Assembly (NCBI GenBank): GCA_965248535.1
Contig: CBDFJR010000002.1
Location: forward strand, 2,080,001 to 2,144,000
Reading direction: 5' to 3'
From: Phormidesmis sp.
GTDB taxonomy: Bacteria; Cyanobacteriota; Cyanobacteriia; Leptolyngbyales; Leptolyngbyaceae
DNA length: 64,000 nt
In this document: one piece after another, positions 15,841 to 27,533 of the stretch
How the letters are laid out: every line of letters starts with the position of its first letter
Numbering within the stretch: position 1 is the first letter of the stretch
Translations under genes and position numbers: made by a program
Notes under the pieces: model-generated
Seen by the model: only the letters and a program-made list of their open reading frames with translations
The model's database searches: none
What the model was told of the DNA's origin: nothing

Positions 15841-17130
15841 CTAGAGCGTCAAAGACTGAGGGTTGGTCTCAATCAGCTTCGCCAAGTCTTTGAGAAATGC
15901 GGCAGCATGGGCACCGTAGATAATGCGATGGTCGCAGGTGATATTAACTTTCATTTGCCGACGCACTCCCAACATACCGTCGTTGTTTGCGACAACCTGC
16001 GGACGAGAGGCCCCGATCGCCAAAATCGACCCTTGACCCGGCGGTAAAATTGCGTCAAACATTTCAACGCCAAACATCCCCAAATTAGAGATGGTAAAGG
16101 TGCCTGAACTATATTCGTCGGGCTGTAGCTGTTTAGAACGGGCCCGATCGACCAAATCTTTCCAACTGCGCGACAGGGAATAGAGATCTACTTGATCGGC
16201 TTTTTGCAACACAGGAGTGATCAGCCCACCGTCATCCATCGCCACCGCAACCGCAACGTTAATGGCAGCATTATAGTGAGTGCCCTGATTAACATAGCTA
16301 GCATAGAGAAGTGGATGCTTTTGCAACGTCACTGCAACAGCTTTTGCCAACAGCGCGGTCATCGTCACGCCCTTAGACTTAAGCTGCTTATAGAGACTAT
16401 CTAAATTATCTGTCCCGATCGTGTAGGCAACGTGATAGGTGGGCACTTCTAGACTAGTCAACATATTCCGCACAACCGCATTTTGCAGCGTGGTCATTGG
16501 CGTAGTCTGCCCCGGCAGCGAAGGAACGGGCGCGGGAGTTGCCGGAGCTTTGGGAGCCACCACTGCGGGAGTCATAGAAGCGGCGATCGTCGGCATAGAA
16601 ACCACTGGGGCAGCAGACTTTCCGGCCGCAGCCTCAACATCTTCGGCCACGATTCGCCCGTGGGGGCCACTGCCTTGCAGGGTTGCCAGGTCAACTTTCA
16701 AATCTTTTGCCAGCTTGCGGGCGCGAGGCGACACCACAACCCGTCCATTTTGCTGAGGGGCAGCCCCAACTGAAGAGCTAGCCTGAACCGCAACCGCCTC
16801 TTGTCGAGCCGCTGTCGTTGCCGCAGCAGGAGCCGAAACCGCAGCAGGTTGGGCACTTCCGGCTCTTTGTTTGGCGGTTTCAATTTCGGCTTCGGTCTCA
16901 GCCAGCAGCGCGATCGCGGCCCCTACAGGGGCAGATTCTCCGGCGGGTGTGACAATCACCGCTAAATAGCCCTCATAAAAGGACTCCACATCCATATCGG
17001 CCTTGTCAGACTCAACCACAACCACCGTTTCGCCCTTTTCAATCTTGTCACCCGGCGATTTAACCCAGGAAACAATTTTTCCTTCGGTCATGGTGGAACT
17101 GAGAGCAGGCATGAAAATTTCGTTAATCAT
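15841..17130 (-). CDS. pdhC: Pyruvate dehydrogenase E2, dihydrolipoamide acetyltransferase
   Basis: Lipoyl domain VESDKAD, E3-binding GSGPHGRI, catalytic DHRIIYG. Confidence 0.95.
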   Translation of the reverse strand: MINEIFMPALSSTMTEGKIVSWVKSPGDKIEKGETVVVVESDKADMDVESFYEGYLAVIVTPAGESAPVGAAIALLAETEAEIETAKQRAGSAQPAAVSAPAAATTAARQEAVAVQASSSVGAAPQQNGRVVVSPRARKLAKDLKVDLATLQGSGPHGRIVAEDVEAAAGKSAAPVVSMPTIAASMTPAVVAPKAPATPAPVPSLPGQTTPMTTLQNAVVRNMLTSLEVPTYHVAYTIGTDNLDSLYKQLKSKGVTMTALLAKAVAVTLQKHPLLYASYVNQGTHYNAAINVAVAVAMDDGGLITPVLQKADQVDLYSLSRSWKDLVDRARSKQLQPDEYSSGTFTISNLGMFGVEMFDAILPPGQGSILAIGASRPQVVANNDGMLGVRRQMKVNITCDHRIIYGAHAAAFLKDLAKLIETNPQSLTL

Positions 17131-17341
17131 TGCGGTGGTGTCTGGGTCAACGAGAAGATCAAAGTTTATTGTTAATCGGGCAGGATGGCTAACCGGGAAG
17201 CATTCATGGCTAATGAGAAAGCCTACTCGTCAAATTTTATCGGATTCAACCCAAAAATGCTGGTGCTAGAAAATTAATCAGGGCAAAGCGATCGGGCGAT
17301 CGTCCTCAGCAGGAGCTTGCGTCTAAGCTTTGCCCCGATCG

Positions 17342-17791
17342 CTAAACGTCTCCTCTGATTTCTTCAACAATGCCGTCGCGCAGCAGAATCTCAACCTGCA
17401 TCTTTTCGATCAGGTTATCGCCAGGCTCAATCCGAAAGGTGCTGTTCACCTGCCCTTGACTGACTTCTTGATTGAGTTCTAACATCTGCACTTGTTGAAG
17501 CTGCTGGAGCAGTTGATTTTTTTGCTCTAATAGCTCGCTCTTGCGCTGGTTGAACTGAACCTTGACGCTTTCGATCTGTTGGGCCGCTTCGGGGCCAGGA
17601 GGCTGAATGGTTTGGCGCTGCATTTCAGAAACGACCTGCTGCAACTGCATTTCTAGCTGCTGCAACTGGTTGTCAATCTGATTGAGTTGTGACTGAAGTT
17701 GCTGCTGCGCTTCTTCTTTCCAACGGGGAGTCACGATCGCTTTGACGTTGACATTTCGCTGCAATAACAAATGAGATTTTGAGTCGTCCAT
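17342..17791 (-). CDS. YlqD family protein
   Basis: VKAIVTPRWKEE, Q-rich coiled coil, VEILLRDGIVEEIRG. Confidence 0.85.
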   Translation of the reverse strand: MDDSKSHLLLQRNVNVKAIVTPRWKEEAQQQLQSQLNQIDNQLQQLEMQLQQVVSEMQRQTIQPPGPEAAQQIESVKVQFNQRKSELLEQKNQLLQQLQQVQMLELNQEVSQGQVNSTFRIEPGDNLIEKMQVEILLRDGIVEEIRGDV

Positions 17792-17851
17792 AAATGCTGA
17801 ATTCAGAGAAGGTTGAGAGAGGTCAACTAGCTGTCGGAGAACGATCCCACG

Positions 17852-19752
17852 TCAATCGAACATCTCGTTAATCATACCCTGGTAGCGATCCATCACGACG
17901 TTGCGACGAATTTTTAGGGTTTGCGTCAAGAGATTATTCTCGATCGTAAACGGCTCTGACAGCAAGCGAAAAGTGCCGATGCGATCGTCGAGACGCGCCC
18001 CGGCTCGCTCTTTTACCAATCGGGTCAACTCTTGTCGAAACAGGTCTTGAATCGGTTGGCTATTGAGATCAATATGGGTTGATGAAGGTTGCGTTAAGCT
18101 CCACTTTTCTAGCGCTTCCAAGTTCGGAACGATCAGAGCACCCAAGACTTTTTGGTCTTGTCCGACAATCATCAGTTGATCGATATAGGGGCTTCTCAAA
18201 CAGGCATCTTCGATCGGCTGCGGCTCAATGTTTTCGCCGTTGGTGAGCACGATCGTGTCTTTGGCTCGTCCGGTAATAATCAAGTTATCGTCAGCCGTCA
18301 CCATGCCCAAATCGCCAGAGTCAAACCAGCCCTCAGCGTCGATCGCTTTCGCCGTCGCGGTTGGATTGTTGTAATAACCCTGCATCACCTGGGGGCCTCG
18401 AATCAGCACCAGTCCGCGTTGCCCGGCGATTAGCGGCTTGCGGGTTTCGAGATCGACAATCTGAATCTCGGTGCCCGGCAGAGGTTCTCCATCGGCTCCG
18501 CGAATATTGCGCCACGGGCGACGCACATTGGTGATCGGCGAAGTCTCGGTTAACCCATAGCCGCCCAGAATCTCAATGCCAACAATCTCAAAAAAGTCTT
18601 CTAAATGTTCAGCGATCGAGCCTCCCCCACTGACGACAAACACCAAATTTCCGCCCGTCCCAGCCCGAATTTTTTGATAAACCAACCTGTCTGCCAGTTG
18701 ATGAACCGACCACAGAGCCGACATTTTCAGCGTGGCGGCCGTGCGTTCTAAGGCTGAAGGGTTGGGACGATCGAGGTTTAACCCCGTCGCCGTTCGGCGC
18801 GCCATGATGAATTGCTGACTCGCGTTCAAAAGAAAGTTGACCAGCTTTTGCTGCTTGGCGGGCTGCTCACGAAACTGTTTTTGAATGCCTTCATAGATCG
18901 ACTCCCACAGCCGAGGAACGCCGACCATATAGTGGGGCTGGTGATCTTTGAGATCTTTTTTAACGTGGCGAATCGTTGTGTAGATCTGAGTGCACCCGTT
19001 AGAAAAAATAAAATATTCAAACGCCCGCTCATAGGCGTGCCAGATCGGGAGAATGCTAAGAACTCTTTCCCCTGGTTGAGGCTGCACCACGGCCGCGGCA
19101 CCTGTCACCTGCGAGAGCAAATTTCCGTGACTCAGCATCACGCCTTTGGGGTTCCCCCCGTCCCGGAGGTATACATCAACGTGGCGAGAGTCTGGCGGGT
19201 TTGATCAACGGGCTGAAGCGACTGCTGTTGACCAAGCTCTAAAACCTGCGAGAAGGTCATAATTTTTAGCGATTCATCAGCCGGAGCCTCATCAGACAGC
19301 ACCACTACAAACTGAATCGGCAGATCGGTCAATCCGGCTCGAAGTTTTTTGAGCAGTTCTGAGTCTTGGACAATGAGCGCGATCGCGCCACTGTCTTTGA
19401 GAATAAACAGCAATTCATCAGGGTCTGCTTGAGACCCGCGCACCACGTCAGCAGCGCCCGATCGCATTACCCCTTGATCGGCAACCAGCCAACGAGGACT
19501 GTTATCCGCAAAGAGCGCTACGCGCTGGGGAATTGCATCGGTTGTGGGTTGAAGACCCAACGCCTGCAAGCCGGCCGCAAACTGCTGCATTTTTTGGTGC
19601 AGGTCAGCATAGGTCAGCTTGACTTCTGGCTTGGCGTGAGGGTCATAAACCGCGACGACATTGGCAAACCGTTGGGCCGCGATCGTCCACATTTCAGGCA
19701 GCGACTTTACCGATTCATAGTCTGACGATCTCAGCCCAGCAGCACGGTTCAT
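17852..19752 (-). pseudogene. aas: Long-chain acyl-ACP/acyl-CoA synthetase, split by a frameshift in a G homopolymer near 19155
   Basis: AMP-binding motif YTSGTG(G)NPKGVMLSH is broken between ORFs 19138-19752 and 17852-19141; GYGLTE and DSGDLG present; probably intact in vivo. Confidence 0.85.
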
Positions 19753-19947
19753 GGCAAGTACCTCTTAAAACCTATTAAATAATGATTCCCTAAGTGTCTC
19801 GCACTCTCAGTTCACCCTAGCTTTGTGACCGAGCACAAGGGATGTCAATCAGACACAATTCCTTTTGTCTACTGATCAACCTGTGGCAACAGCCGACCCA
19901 TTTTTTAACTAATATAAAGTCATTGTTTGTGAATCGATTAGTTAGCT

Positions 19948-20232
19948 ATGCCAAAAGCAATTTGGAATGGTGCCGTTTTAGCAGAGAGCGATCGCTGCGA
20001 AGTCGTAGACGGAAACCAATATTTTCCCCCCGACTCGATCAAGCAAGACTACTTCAAAGAGAGCAACACTCACACAACCTGCGGCTGGAAGGGCGTTGCC
20101 AGCTATTACAGCGTCGAAGTAGAGGGGCAGGTCAACAAAGATGCCGCGTGGTATTATCCGACTCCTAAAGAGGCTGCCAAAAACATCACTGGCTACATCG
20201 CCTTTTGGAAAGGGGTCAAAGTCGAAGCTTAA
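19948..20232 (+). CDS. DUF427 family protein
   Basis: AIWNGAVLAES, YFPPDSI, CGWKGVASYY, AAWYYP. Confidence 0.92.
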   Translation: MPKAIWNGAVLAESDRCEVVDGNQYFPPDSIKQDYFKESNTHTTCGWKGVASYYSVEVEGQVNKDAAWYYPTPKEAAKNITGYIAFWKGVKVEA

Positions 20233-20340
20233 ACACCTGAGTTAACGCGTCTCGACAGCGGTTGCCCTCATCTCAAGCCACTCCTATACAAAGGAGGGAC
20301 GAGAGGTGGGGGCTTTTGCATGAGAATCGCAGAGAGTCAC

Positions 20341-20664
20341 CTAGGCAGACTTTTGCACCCGCTTAACTCTGGGCTTGCGCGTGCCAGAGGAGGATGTTTT
20401 TTGAGCCGTCGCTAGATAATGCTTGAGGGTTGAAGACCGAATCTCGATGCCGTTTTCGTTGAGAATTTTGGTCAACTCATCATAGCCATATCCTTTAGCC
20501 AGCGAGGCTTTGAGCGGCTCTCTTAGGGCAGCGATCGCTTCTCGCAGCGACACATTTTCTTGAGGCTTCTCAGGCAGATCGGCAAACAGTGACTCGATCT
20601 GATCAATTGCGGTTGCCTCAACTTTATTGGCGGCAATCGACTTTTTAGTTTTTGCGACTGTCAT
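20341..20664 (-). CDS. Hypothetical small basic, probably DNA-binding protein
   Basis: SLREAIAALR..L..SLAKGYGYDEL..IL..GIEI..STLKHYL with a basic tail. Confidence 0.65.
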   Translation of the reverse strand: MTVAKTKKSIAANKVEATAIDQIESLFADLPEKPQENVSLREAIAALREPLKASLAKGYGYDELTKILNENGIEIRSSTLKHYLATAQKTSSSGTRKPRVKRVQKSA

Positions 20665-20836
20665 TTTTCAATGTCCACGGTGATATCACAATCTTATTCT
20701 AGTGTCTAAACTCCATTCCGACATGATTAAATTGCGTGTATTTTGATCATTCATTTCTGCAATCGTCGGGTTGATGAGACTAATATTCGTTCTATTGATC
20801 AGTTGCCTTTTGGGGATGCCCGGCGATCGCGCATTC

Positions 20837-22993
20837 TCATTTTTGCGGAGCCACCCCAGCCAAATCTCCTAACTTAGGACTCCACCAACCCTTTGCCGTA
20901 TGAAAGTAGACCACATCTTGATGGTTACGATCGTCCCTCGCTTTGGGGTTTGAGCAGCGCAGCAGAACCTTGTCCTGCCCTTCTTTTTGGTAAGCATATT
21001 GCTCTAGAGGCTGCTGACAAACCGGGCAGGGGTAGGCCGTCGTCTGCGGCTTGCCCACCGGAGTTGAAGATTTAGGGTGAGGAGCCTCCCAGCGTTTGGA
21101 GCGATCTGACCAAAACAGCACCACATTTTCGCAGCCCTCGACGCACTTGAGAAAATATTTCTTTTTGACCTTGGGGCTAGGAATCTTGGCTAGCGGTTTT
21201 TCACACTGAGGGCAGCGAGTGCGCGAGAGTTGGAGTGATTTGGACGATCGCACCACCGGGTTTGTCGTCAAATGTTGAGGAATCACTTTCTGAGCTTGCA
21301 GCAGCGCAGGTTCAAAATAGTGTTCGTTCCAACGGGTGAGATAGCGCTGCCAGTCTTGTTTTCCGGCGGCGATTTCATCTAGCGATCGCTCCATTTGCGC
21401 CGTAAACTCTGATTGCAGCAGATCGGGCAGTGCATCAGCTAAGAAGCAATCAACCTCTAAACCCAGAGCCGTCGGCTGCAACACCGCTTTGACCACTTCG
21501 ACATAGAGCCGCTCTTTGAGGGTGAGAATCGTTGGCGCATAGGTGCTGGGGCGACCAATTCCCTGCCGCTCCATAACCTGGACTAGTTTCGGCTCACTAT
21601 AGCGAGGCGGCGGTTGGGTTTGCTTTCGTTCGTGCGCCGATCGCTCTAGGGTCAAAGCCTGAGCCGCTTTCAAAAGAGGCAACTCGACATCAGCGCTCAA
21701 ATTGTTCCAATATTTGCTGTAGCCTTGAAACTCAATCACCTGACCCTTTGCCTGCCAAAAAATCGGGCCCGATTGCGTCACAACGCAGGTTTGTCGAACT
21801 CGTGCAGGTTGGCACTGGGTTGCCAGCGATCGCTTCCAAATCAAAACATAGAGGGCAAAGGCATCGCTCGCCAGTTCTAATCTCAGTTGGGCCGAAGGGC
21901 GATTAACATCGGTCGGGCGAATCGCTTCGTGGGCCTCTTGAGAGCCTTTAATCTGGCGGTGATGGGTGACTTTTTTAGGTACATTTTCGGCATCATGCCC
22001 GATTAGCCACTGCCGCGCTTGCTCCGTGAATTCTTGACTGAGTTCAACGCTATCAGTTCGCATATAGGTGATTAGTCCGGCTTCATAAAGCGACTGCGCC
22101 ACCTGCATCGTTTTCTCAGGGCTGAATTTGAGCCGCGAGCCAGCTGCTTGCTGCAAGGTCGAAGTCACAAAGGGCGGCGGCGATGAGCGACTGACCACTT
22201 TGCCCTCGATCGAGCACACCCGATGAGGAAATGCCTGAGCTTGCTGCACTAAGCGATCGGCTTCTGCCTGACTCAAAACGCGATGAGATTCTTGAACAGG
22301 ACGCTCGGCGGGAGTCGTCGCATCATCTGCGGTTGTCGTCTCTTCGTCAGCCGGGGTTGTGGTGCCGCGATAAAAGGCGCGAAACCCTTCGGCGTAGTCA
22401 ACCCAGACGTTCCAGTAAGTTTGGGGCACAAAGGCTTCGATTTGACGTTCACGATCGCAGAGAATATGCAGCGCCGCACTTTGCACCCGTCCCATAGATT
22501 TCGCACCATTTTGCAACTGCCAGAGGAGCGGTGACCCTTTAAAGCCCACCAATTTATCGAGCACGGTGCGGCACAATCCGGCGTGAACCAGGTTTTGGTT
22601 AATCGATCTCGGTTGCGCGATCGCTTTTTTAACGGCGGCGGGCGTAATCTCAGAATAAACGACTCGCTGAGGCTGTTTGAGATTTAACACTTGCTGAATG
22701 TGCCAGGCGATCGTTTCTCCTTCGCGATCGTCATCGGTCGCCAACACCACGGTTTGAACTTGTTTCACCGCCGATCGCAGTTGTTGAATCGTGTCTTTGC
22801 CCCGGTCTCCTCGCGGCACAAATCGACACTGCACCCGATCGCCCTGCAAGTCAAAACCGAGAGAATCAACGCCATCGCTAGCCAACTCCCGGACGTGACC
22901 CATACTGGCTTTGACAATCCAATCCGATCCTAAAATCTGACTGAGTTTTTTGATCTTTCCAGGGCTTTCGACGATGAAGAGTTTAGTCGGCAT
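20837..22993 (-). CDS. topA: Type IA DNA topoisomerase
   Basis: TOPRIM IVESPGK and ATDDDREGE; catalytic ITYMRTD; AHEAIRPT; GIGRPSTY; C-terminal CxxC Zn ribbons. Confidence 0.93.
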   Translation of the reverse strand: MPTKLFIVESPGKIKKLSQILGSDWIVKASMGHVRELASDGVDSLGFDLQGDRVQCRFVPRGDRGKDTIQQLRSAVKQVQTVVLATDDDREGETIAWHIQQVLNLKQPQRVVYSEITPAAVKKAIAQPRSINQNLVHAGLCRTVLDKLVGFKGSPLLWQLQNGAKSMGRVQSAALHILCDRERQIEAFVPQTYWNVWVDYAEGFRAFYRGTTTPADEETTTADDATTPAERPVQESHRVLSQAEADRLVQQAQAFPHRVCSIEGKVVSRSSPPPFVTSTLQQAAGSRLKFSPEKTMQVAQSLYEAGLITYMRTDSVELSQEFTEQARQWLIGHDAENVPKKVTHHRQIKGSQEAHEAIRPTDVNRPSAQLRLELASDAFALYVLIWKRSLATQCQPARVRQTCVVTQSGPIFWQAKGQVIEFQGYSKYWNNLSADVELPLLKAAQALTLERSAHERKQTQPPPRYSEPKLVQVMERQGIGRPSTYAPTILTLKERLYVEVVKAVLQPTALGLEVDCFLADALPDLLQSEFTAQMERSLDEIAAGKQDWQRYLTRWNEHYFEPALLQAQKVIPQHLTTNPVVRSSKSLQLSRTRCPQCEKPLAKIPSPKVKKKYFLKCVEGCENVVLFWSDRSKRWEAPHPKSSTPVGKPQTTAYPCPVCQQPLEQYAYQKEGQDKVLLRCSNPKARDDRNHQDVVYFHTAKGWWSPKLGDLAGVAPQK

Positions 22994-23075
22994 TTTAAAA
23001 AAGATGGATGGCAAAAACGCTTAATAGAACGCTTATACCATCCATTCTAAAGATTAACGACTGAAATCTTCGATT

Positions 23076-24707
<1,632 letters not shown>

Positions 24708-24831
24708 TCAGAGACCTCGTGCCGATAGATTGGCGGGGCTTGCCCTTGCTAGCTTACTGCGTTTGGCACAGGTTTCAGAGGTCAGAACCGAGTCTTCATC
24801 TGAAACCTGAACCCCTCAGATCTATTGATGA

Positions 24832-25116
24832 TCAGGCTTTGTCAGGCGCGACCCGATCTTTAAAAGATTTGCCCGCAGAAAAAGCAGGTACGCGAGTGGC
24901 AGGAATCTGCATCGTTTCACCCGTTTTGGGGTTGCGGCCTTCCCGCGCTTGACGATCTCTAACTTCAAATGAGCCAAACCCGACCAGAGTGACTTTATCG
25001 CCACTGGCAACCGCTTCTAAAATCGAGTCGATCGTAGCCGTCAAAATCGCGTCTGCTTCTTTTTTAGTCACAGATGCTTTGGCCGCGATCGCGTCAACGA
25101 GTTCACCTTTGTTCAT
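24832..25116 (-). CDS. hup: HU DNA-binding protein
   Basis: MNKGELVDAIA, GFGSF, GRNPKTG, PAFSAGK. Confidence 0.96.
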   Translation of the reverse strand: MNKGELVDAIAAKASVTKKEADAILTATIDSILEAVASGDKVTLVGFGSFEVRDRQAREGRNPKTGETMQIPATRVPAFSAGKSFKDRVAPDKA

Positions 25117-25278
25117 AAAATTTTCCTCTCAAGACAATCGCCGCCATTGTAGTGCAGGGTTTCAGACTGTGCAAGTGTACTAAACTATTAAAATTGCGAG
25201 TTTTGAGGGCGATCGCAGTCAAGATTGTCACCTCTAGCCCCAAAACCTGCGTTCCTCTCCTATAGATTGAGTCCCGAT

Positions 25279-25397
25279 TTGCTATCTACCAGCCTCCTCA
25301 CCCCGATCGCCCCTTGAGGCGACTAACCGTTATGGTTGTAGACGTTGAGAGCACAGGCTACCATCCGTCTGAGGGTCGAGTTATTGAGATGTCGGTC
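25279..25397 (+). pseudogene. Degraded 5' remnant of a DEDDh 3'-5' exonuclease gene
   Basis: From 25332 translates VVDVESTGYHPSEGRVIEMSV, resembling ExoI motif VVDVETTG..IIE; stops upstream and no continuation. Confidence 0.45.
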
Positions 25398-25546
25398 AAG
25401 CCATCCTTGGCAAGGGCATTGAACACCAGCAGACTGATCTGAATAAGTCTTTGTGTTTTGATTCCTAAAAATTTGTGCAATTTGCGGGCATTTCACAAAG
25501 CAGGGTGAATTGTCCAGCGCCCCAAATCAGACACGATCGCCTATTG

Positions 25547-25914
25547 GGGACTTGCGGATAAATAATCTCCCAGTCATTCTAGAAAGTAGGAAGCGTAGGT
25601 CAGCCGCCGCCCCTATCAATCTCTAGAATTGGAATGTACAGAACCATGTTAAGCGACTCCATTCAGTCTACTTTCAAAGATGCTGCTCAGAAACTGACTG
25701 GCAACCGCAAACGAGACTTCATGGCAAAAGTCACCCAAGACTACTTTGAGGGTTCAGCCCGTAAAGCAGAAACCGTTTTAGGCTGGTGTCGCCATAGTGT
25801 CCAACTGGGTTTGCATGAACAGCGCACCGGAATAGTCTGTGTGGACAACTATCAGGCAAGGGGACGACGCAAAAGCGAAGTGGGGTTGCCTAACTTAGAA
25901 GCGGATATTCGTTC
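25547..25914 (+). mobile_element. Truncated ISAzo13-family element (transposase N-terminus only; left end approximate)
   Basis: ORF from 25634 KDAAQKLTGNRKRDFMA...ARKAETVLGW...GRRKSE..PNLEADIRS stops at the IS5 end. Confidence 0.7.
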
Positions 25915-25954
25915 GGGCACCTCGATTAATTGATTTTTAGTGAATCAGGATCTC

Positions 25955-25994
25955 AAATGAGACTGAAGAGAGCTAAATGAGACTGAAGAGAGCT
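25955..25994 (+). repeat. Exact 20-bp tandem duplication inside the IS5 end
   Basis: AAATGAGACTGAAGAGAGCT x2. Confidence 0.9.
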
Positions 25995-26079
25995 ATGTAA
26001 GCCTATCGCTTCTCCCTCATTCACCTGAGCAATATTGATTCATCCAGGCTCCATTCAAGATCACTCCTGCTCCCACTTC

Positions 26080-27108
26080 TTAACCGACTGCTTTCGTTTC
26101 CAAGAAGGTGTACCGCAACAAGTTGTAGGTCAAGTTCTTCAATCCCAATTGTGCCGTTGCCCGCTGAATGCCAATCGAACGCAGCAGTTTGCCACCCATC
26201 TGCATCACCCAACACCCAAACACATGCTCGACTTTAACGCGCGTGGTGGACTTAGTGCGATTAGACTGCTTCTGTTCTTCCGTTAACGGGCGGTTGCGAT
26301 ATCCCCGCTCATGAATCTGACTATCGAACTGCATCAACTTCAACGTTTCCTCAATTGCTTCAGCGCGGTAAGCACTATCTGCCCAAATCTTGTCGCTCTC
26401 ATTGTCGTCATCGAGGAGTTGACCCAAAACTTGAGAATCATGAACCGAGGCATCGGTCACAGCATACTGACGAATCAACCCATGTTGGGCATCAATGCTG
26501 ATGTGATCTTTGTAGCCGAAGTAGCTCTTACCCCCCTTTTTCGTCCATCGAGCATCGCTATCTTTCTGAGAACGTTGATGCGGGTTGTCTTGCCACGATG
26601 GGGGAATCTCTCCTTGCTTAATCTGTTGATTCTCATCCTTGCTGTTGTGCTGCTTGGGAACGGGAATCAATGTAGCATCGACAATTTGTCCTCCTTGAGC
26701 TGCGTAGCCTTGCTGAATCAAATACTCATCGAATTGCTCAAACAATGGTTCAATTAATGCTTGCTCTGTTAACTGCTTACGGAACAACCATACCGTTGTT
26801 GCATCTGGAACCTCATCTGCTAACCCAAAATCGAGAAACTGCATGAAGGATAAGCGGTCACTCACTTGATACTCCAAGGCTTCATCACTAATGTTGTACA
26901 ACTGTTGCAACACCAGCAGCTTAAACATCACAATCACATCCATCGGCTTGCGTCCAGCATTACTCTTGCGCGGTTTGTCATGAATGGGTTCGAGCAAGGG
27001 GCGAAAAGTTTCCCAGGGGACAATCTCATTGAGTCGCACCAGTAAGTCTTGCTTCTGGTTCAGCTTATCTTGGCGCGTTTCCCAATCCCAAAATCCAGGC
27101 TGTGTCAT
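26080..27108 (-). CDS. IS5-family DDE transposase
   Basis: VPDATTVWLFR, IVDATLI, FGYKDH, ADSAY, RVKVEHVFG. Confidence 0.95.
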   Translation of the reverse strand: MTQPGFWDWETRQDKLNQKQDLLVRLNEIVPWETFRPLLEPIHDKPRKSNAGRKPMDVIVMFKLLVLQQLYNISDEALEYQVSDRLSFMQFLDFGLADEVPDATTVWLFRKQLTEQALIEPLFEQFDEYLIQQGYAAQGGQIVDATLIPVPKQHNSKDENQQIKQGEIPPSWQDNPHQRSQKDSDARWTKKGGKSYFGYKDHISIDAQHGLIRQYAVTDASVHDSQVLGQLLDDDNESDKIWADSAYRAEAIEETLKLMQFDSQIHERGYRNRPLTEEQKQSNRTKSTTRVKVEHVFGCWVMQMGGKLLRSIGIQRATAQLGLKNLTYNLLRYTFLETKAVG

Positions 27109-27267
27109 TGCAATTGCCCCATCACTGCTCTATAACTATGATCTCACACTTGTCTCACGTTAAGACTCCTCTTGGCAAATTTTTCGAGGTGCCCTAATGG
27201 CGGTGCCCAGGTGGAGTTCCAAGATATTGCTATTTCTAGCAATTAGCTGATCCACGTAAACAACACG

Positions 27268-27353
27268 GTCTAACAATCCCGTTGCACACCGACCGCTAAG
27301 TTAGTCGGTGAATCCGAGAGGTTGCTAGCGGCGGGTGAACGGGGTCGTTAGAC
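27268..27353 (+). other. Integron attC-like recombination site (solitary)
   Basis: GTCTAAC...GTTAGAC cores; arms CCCGTT[G]CAC[A]CCG[A]CCGC pair with GCGGCGGGTGAACGGG, leaving extrahelical bases; 86 bp. Confidence 0.8.
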
Positions 27354-27377
27354 CGCAAAGTTGTAAGTGAGGAAAAA

Positions 27378-27476
27378 ATGAGTACGCCGCAAGATGGTTG
27401 TAATTTTGGATGGTCTATAGCGATCGCTGTTGTTACTCTTGTGGGTGGTGTACTTGCCCTCGCCAACGCTTCGTGA
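27378..27476 (+). CDS. Putative 32-aa hydrophobic ORF or truncated cassette gene
   Basis: GAGG RBS then MSTPQDGCNFGWSIAIAVVTLVGGVLALANAS, starting 25 bp after the attC-like site. Confidence 0.35.
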   Translation: MSTPQDGCNFGWSIAIAVVTLVGGVLALANAS

Positions 27477-27533
27477 GGAGGGCAATTCATCCCTGCATTC
27501 AGCAACCCCGATTTTCTATGCAGGAGGTCTAAT

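Larger units (their letters stand above)
25915..27194 (-). mobile_element. IS5-family insertion sequence, 1280 bp
   Basis: Terminal inverted repeats GGGCACCTCGA (25915) and TCGAGGTGCCC (27184-27194) enclose the transposase. Confidence 0.9.

Noticed and set aside
25955..25994. Tandem repeat as a functional array
   Set aside because: Only two adjacent copies with no spacer, consistent with simple slippage or an assembly artefact.
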